Below are positions 61,429 through 64,000 of a stretch of DNA of 64,000 nt, piece after piece (the stretch's first letter is position 1; each line of letters opens with the position of its first letter). The stretch comes from Sphingobium sp. (GTDB lineage Bacteria; Pseudomonadota; Alphaproteobacteria; Sphingomonadales; Sphingomonadaceae). The stretch covers positions 13,337-77,336 of the forward strand of contig NZ_JAVHPD010000012.1 in NCBI RefSeq assembly GCF_036170395.1, given 5' to 3'. The position numbers and the translations under genes were made by a program. The notes under the pieces were generated by a model, which saw only the letters and a program-made list of their open reading frames with translations, ran no database searches and had not been told where the DNA came from.

Positions 61429-64000
61429 CTATCGTTCGGGACCGTGGGAGGGTTCGGGTTGAGGTGCGGGGGATGGCGACTGCCGTTCAGCATGCGTCGC
61501 CGGGGGCTCGATCCGGGTGCGAGCACGATCGAGAATACCCTCGAGAAACCGGTAGAGGACCTGCGCGACGCTTCGGGCGCCTTCCGCGATATACTCTGCT
61601 GTCCCTTGCGGTCCGCGATCCCGGCGAGACAATTGCCTTTCAAGGGCGCGATCTCCACGCGACGCCCGGTCCTTTTCCTGTTCGGCCTTCAGCGTTGCCA
61701 GGCGCGCGCGCTGCCGGTTCGTGAACGGGCCGACGCGGTCCTGGTCCATGCGTCCAAGGCCCTCGGTGGAGGAGGTCTTCTCACCCGACTGTCGCTCCAG
61801 CTTGGCGACAAGTTCCTTGACGTTGTTCGTCCAGAGCCTGACGCCGTACTTGGCGCGCGTAATGGCAGTGTAGAAGTTCTGGGCACTAACCAGCGGCGAG
61901 TCCACGGGCGCCAGCAGGAAGACCCGCGGATAGGTCTTCGACTGGGAGGAATATACCGTCTCGGCATAGCCATGGTCCCAGGTCTTGTGCTCTGTCAGGT
62001 TGACCTGCTGTACACGGCCGTCCCGGTCCCATCGTATGGTGGCGAGGTCGCCGTCCAGCTTTTCGACCGTGCCGCGCTCGGCGTTGCGCAGATCGAGATC
62101 GCGATTGACCAGTCGCCACTGGATACGATCCCCCTCGGCCAGATCACGCTCTTCGGGGTTGAAGACATTGATGTGCCGGGCCCGTGTCGTCTGCGGATCC
62201 CAGCGGATGATGCGACCCTGTTCATCGACAAGGCGCACGACCTGCCGGCCGTTGGGCTCCCGTCCGAGCCCTACGACGCGATAGTCCGTGTGCCGGGCAA
62301 CGCCGAGACCAGCGATGTCGCGGTCGAAGCGCACCACCTGCCCTGCTCCGTAGAAGCGGCCCATATGTTTTTCGATATCGGTGAAGCCTGCCGGGGCAAG
62401 GATCGAGAGCCTGCTGTCTTCGGCTGCCAACCCATTCTCGTTCCTGAGCGCTTCGCGGATCTTGCTGTTGACGATGAGGCGCGTGGCGTTGTCGAGCACG
62501 AGGATGTTGGTGCCCGCACGGGAGTCGGGCTTGAGCCTCACCCAGGCGTTGACCACCATCGCGGCCATGGCCTCATTGTCGGTGACGGTCGTCACGCTGT
62601 CGAGATTCTTGAGCGACTGCTCGAAATTGCCGGCCCTCGCCTGAGCGACCGCTTCTTTGATCGTACGGGTTTCCTGGCGAACCGCCTCGGTCAGTTCCAC
62701 CACCGGCAATCCCAGCCGGCGCATCAGCCAGAAGGGCTTGCCTTGTTCGATGGCGCCGGTCTGCTTCTCGTCACCAAGGAACAGGAGCCTTGCTCCGGTT
62801 ATCCGGCTGATCTCGAGCAGCCTTCTAGCCTGACGGTTGCCAAGCTGACCGGCCTCGTCGAGCACGAGCACATGGCGATCCGTTATGCCATGGCCGCCAC
62901 GCGCTACAAAGCTGGCGACCGTGTGCGCCTCGATACTGGCCTTTTGCCCCAGTTCCGCAGCCGCCGATGATGTGGGCGCCAATGCTATCAGCGTCGTTCC
63001 TGGTTCCGCCGCTTCGCCCAATACCCGCACCAGTGTCGATTTGCCCGAACCGGCAACGCCGTGGATTCCGGTGACGCGATCCCGTGACATAGCGGTCTCG
63101 ACCAGGGCCCGCTGCTGCTCCGCATTGAGTGTCGTCTTTTCCAGCACGGCCAAGAGCCGGTCGCCCGACGCGATCGGCCGGGCGTCGTCGAGGCCAAGTG
63201 CAATATGTTGGGTAAGCGCCAGTTCCAACCGCCATGACTTGCGGGTGGTGCGTCCATGCGTGAGTACCCTGTCGCCCGTTTGCTCGTGGGTCGGCAGCAG
63301 TTTTCGCATGAGTTCATGCATCGCGACCCGAGGACGCAGATCCTCCAGCCGCATTTCCCCGACATGGGCTGCGAGCCCCGTGCGCAGGATATCGCCGAGA
63401 TTGTTGACGGCTTCGGCGGTTTCGAGTTGCCGCAGGCCGAAAAGGGCAGCGCGTGAAGCCGTGCGTTCGGTAGGGGGAGAATGTTGCCCCTCCCGTTCGC
63501 GTGCAACGGCAGCGATTTTACCAAGCGTGTCGAGTTGGTCGCCAGTCCGTTCATGCCATTGTACAGTATGTTCTTGCGCGCCGATCTTCACCTTGGCCTT
63601 GCGGGTGGCATAGAAGGAGGCGCGCTGGGCCTTTTGGCCGACCAGGCCATGTTCCCGGGCATGCTCCTCGATCGCCTCTGCGCGCTGCGAGAAGCGCTCG
63701 ATGAGCTCCTTGGGCACGCCCCGTATCTCGAATAAGCCAGTGCGAGGATCGAACTCGACCTCATAACCAGCCTCGCGGAGGCTGAAGGCGAGCGCATTGC
63801 GATAGATCTGCCCGGCGACGCGCTGCTCACCATACATGACGCGACTTTCCAGGCTCGCCATCGGGTCGCCATCCTGGCGATTGGTCATGTTGAGAACGAC
63901 CAGATGGGTATGGAGGTGCGGGTCGAGTTCCCGGCTGCCATGCTCGGTGAAGCGCGCGACGAGAATGCGCCCCGTGGTCTCATGAACGATCTTGCCTTCC
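61429..64000 (-). CDS. trwC: MobF/TrwC-type conjugative relaxase-helicase, N-terminus beyond the window
   Basis: The frame continues upstream of 63888 as ...HGSRELDPHLHTHLVVLNMT (HUH motif). Also FEIRGVP, FSQRAEAI, Walker A GVAGSGKST, LDEAG, GDEKQ and HGYAETVYSSQ. Confidence 0.92.
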   Translation of the reverse strand, partial: EGKIVHETTGRILVARFTEHGSRELDPHLHTHLVVLNMTNRQDGDPMASLESRVMYGEQRVAGQIYRNALAFSLREAGYEVEFDPRTGLFEIRGVPKELIERFSQRAEAIEEHAREHGLVGQKAQRASFYATRKAKVKIGAQEHTVQWHERTGDQLDTLGKIAAVAREREGQHSPPTERTASRAALFGLRQLETAEAVNNLGDILRTGLAAHVGEMRLEDLRPRVAMHELMRKLLPTHEQTGDRVLTHGRTTRKSWRLELALTQHIALGLDDARPIASGDRLLAVLEKTTLNAEQQRALVETAMSRDRVTGIHGVAGSGKSTLVRVLGEAAEPGTTLIALAPTSSAAAELGQKASIEAHTVASFVARGGHGITDRHVLVLDEAGQLGNRQARRLLEISRITGARLLFLGDEKQTGAIEQGKPFWLMRRLGLPVVELTEAVRQETRTIKEAVAQARAGNFEQSLKNLDSVTTVTDNEAMAAMVVNAWVRLKPDSRAGTNILVLDNATRLIVNSKIREALRNENGLAAEDSRLSILAPAGFTDIEKHMGRFYGAGQVVRFDRDIAGLGVARHTDYRVVGLGREPNGRQVVRLVDEQGRIIRWDPQTTRARHINVFNPEERDLAEGDRIQWRLVNRDLDLRNAERGTVEKLDGDLATIRWDRDGRVQQVNLTEHKTWDHGYAETVYSSQSKTYPRVFLLAPVDSPLVSAQNFYTAITRAKYGVRLWTNNVKELVAKLERQSGEKTSSTEGLGRMDQDRVGPFTNRQRARLATLKAEQEKDRASRGDRALERQLSRRDRGPQGTAEYIAEGARSVAQVLYRFLEGILDRARTRIEPPATHAERQSPSPAPQPEPSHGPER

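Larger units (their letters stand above)
59680..64000. mobile_element. Left end of an integrated conjugative/mobilisable element (continues beyond the window)
   Basis: att-like tRNA fragments at the boundary, a drop in GC and codon bias, then lytic transglycosylase, Mrr-like nuclease and MobF relaxase genes. Confidence 0.75.

Overview
High-GC chromosomal window that looks alphaproteobacterial, most likely a sphingomonad (inferred from gene content and order, not from a database search). The core backbone carries, in order: pspA (partial)/pspF, hbd, the tol-pal cluster (ybgC-tolQRAB-pal), purD/xseA, clpB, bamE, a glutathione-dependent formaldehyde oxidation operon next to an NAD-linked formate dehydrogenase operon (fdsGBAD) with two LysR regulators, several peptidases, an Atm1-type ABC transporter, and thiC with a TPP riboswitch. 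Four accessory segments interrupt it. (1) About 14.3-18.6 kb: a TonB-dependent receptor and a Tat-type dipeptidase. (2) About 21.3-24.7 kb: two orphan genes, one a helical-repeat/GT-A-like protein and one a secreted Cys-containing protein. (3) About 50.2-53.1 kb: two back-to-back toxin-antitoxin systems followed by a very AT-rich, translationally coupled three-gene operon containing a minimal nucleotidyltransferase. This is the best candidate here for an undescribed defence system. (4) From about 59.68 kb to the window end: the edge of a conjugative element (MobF relaxase, membrane-anchored Mrr-like nuclease, lytic transglycosylase), bounded by three decayed copies of a tRNA-fMet 3' end. Smaller signals include a REP-like palindrome inserted in frame inside fdsB and paired ATAG-N7-CTAT LysR boxes. 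I saw no CRISPR array, rRNA, intact tRNA or integrase. Start codons were refined by eye from the ORF track, and all family calls come from motif recognition only.
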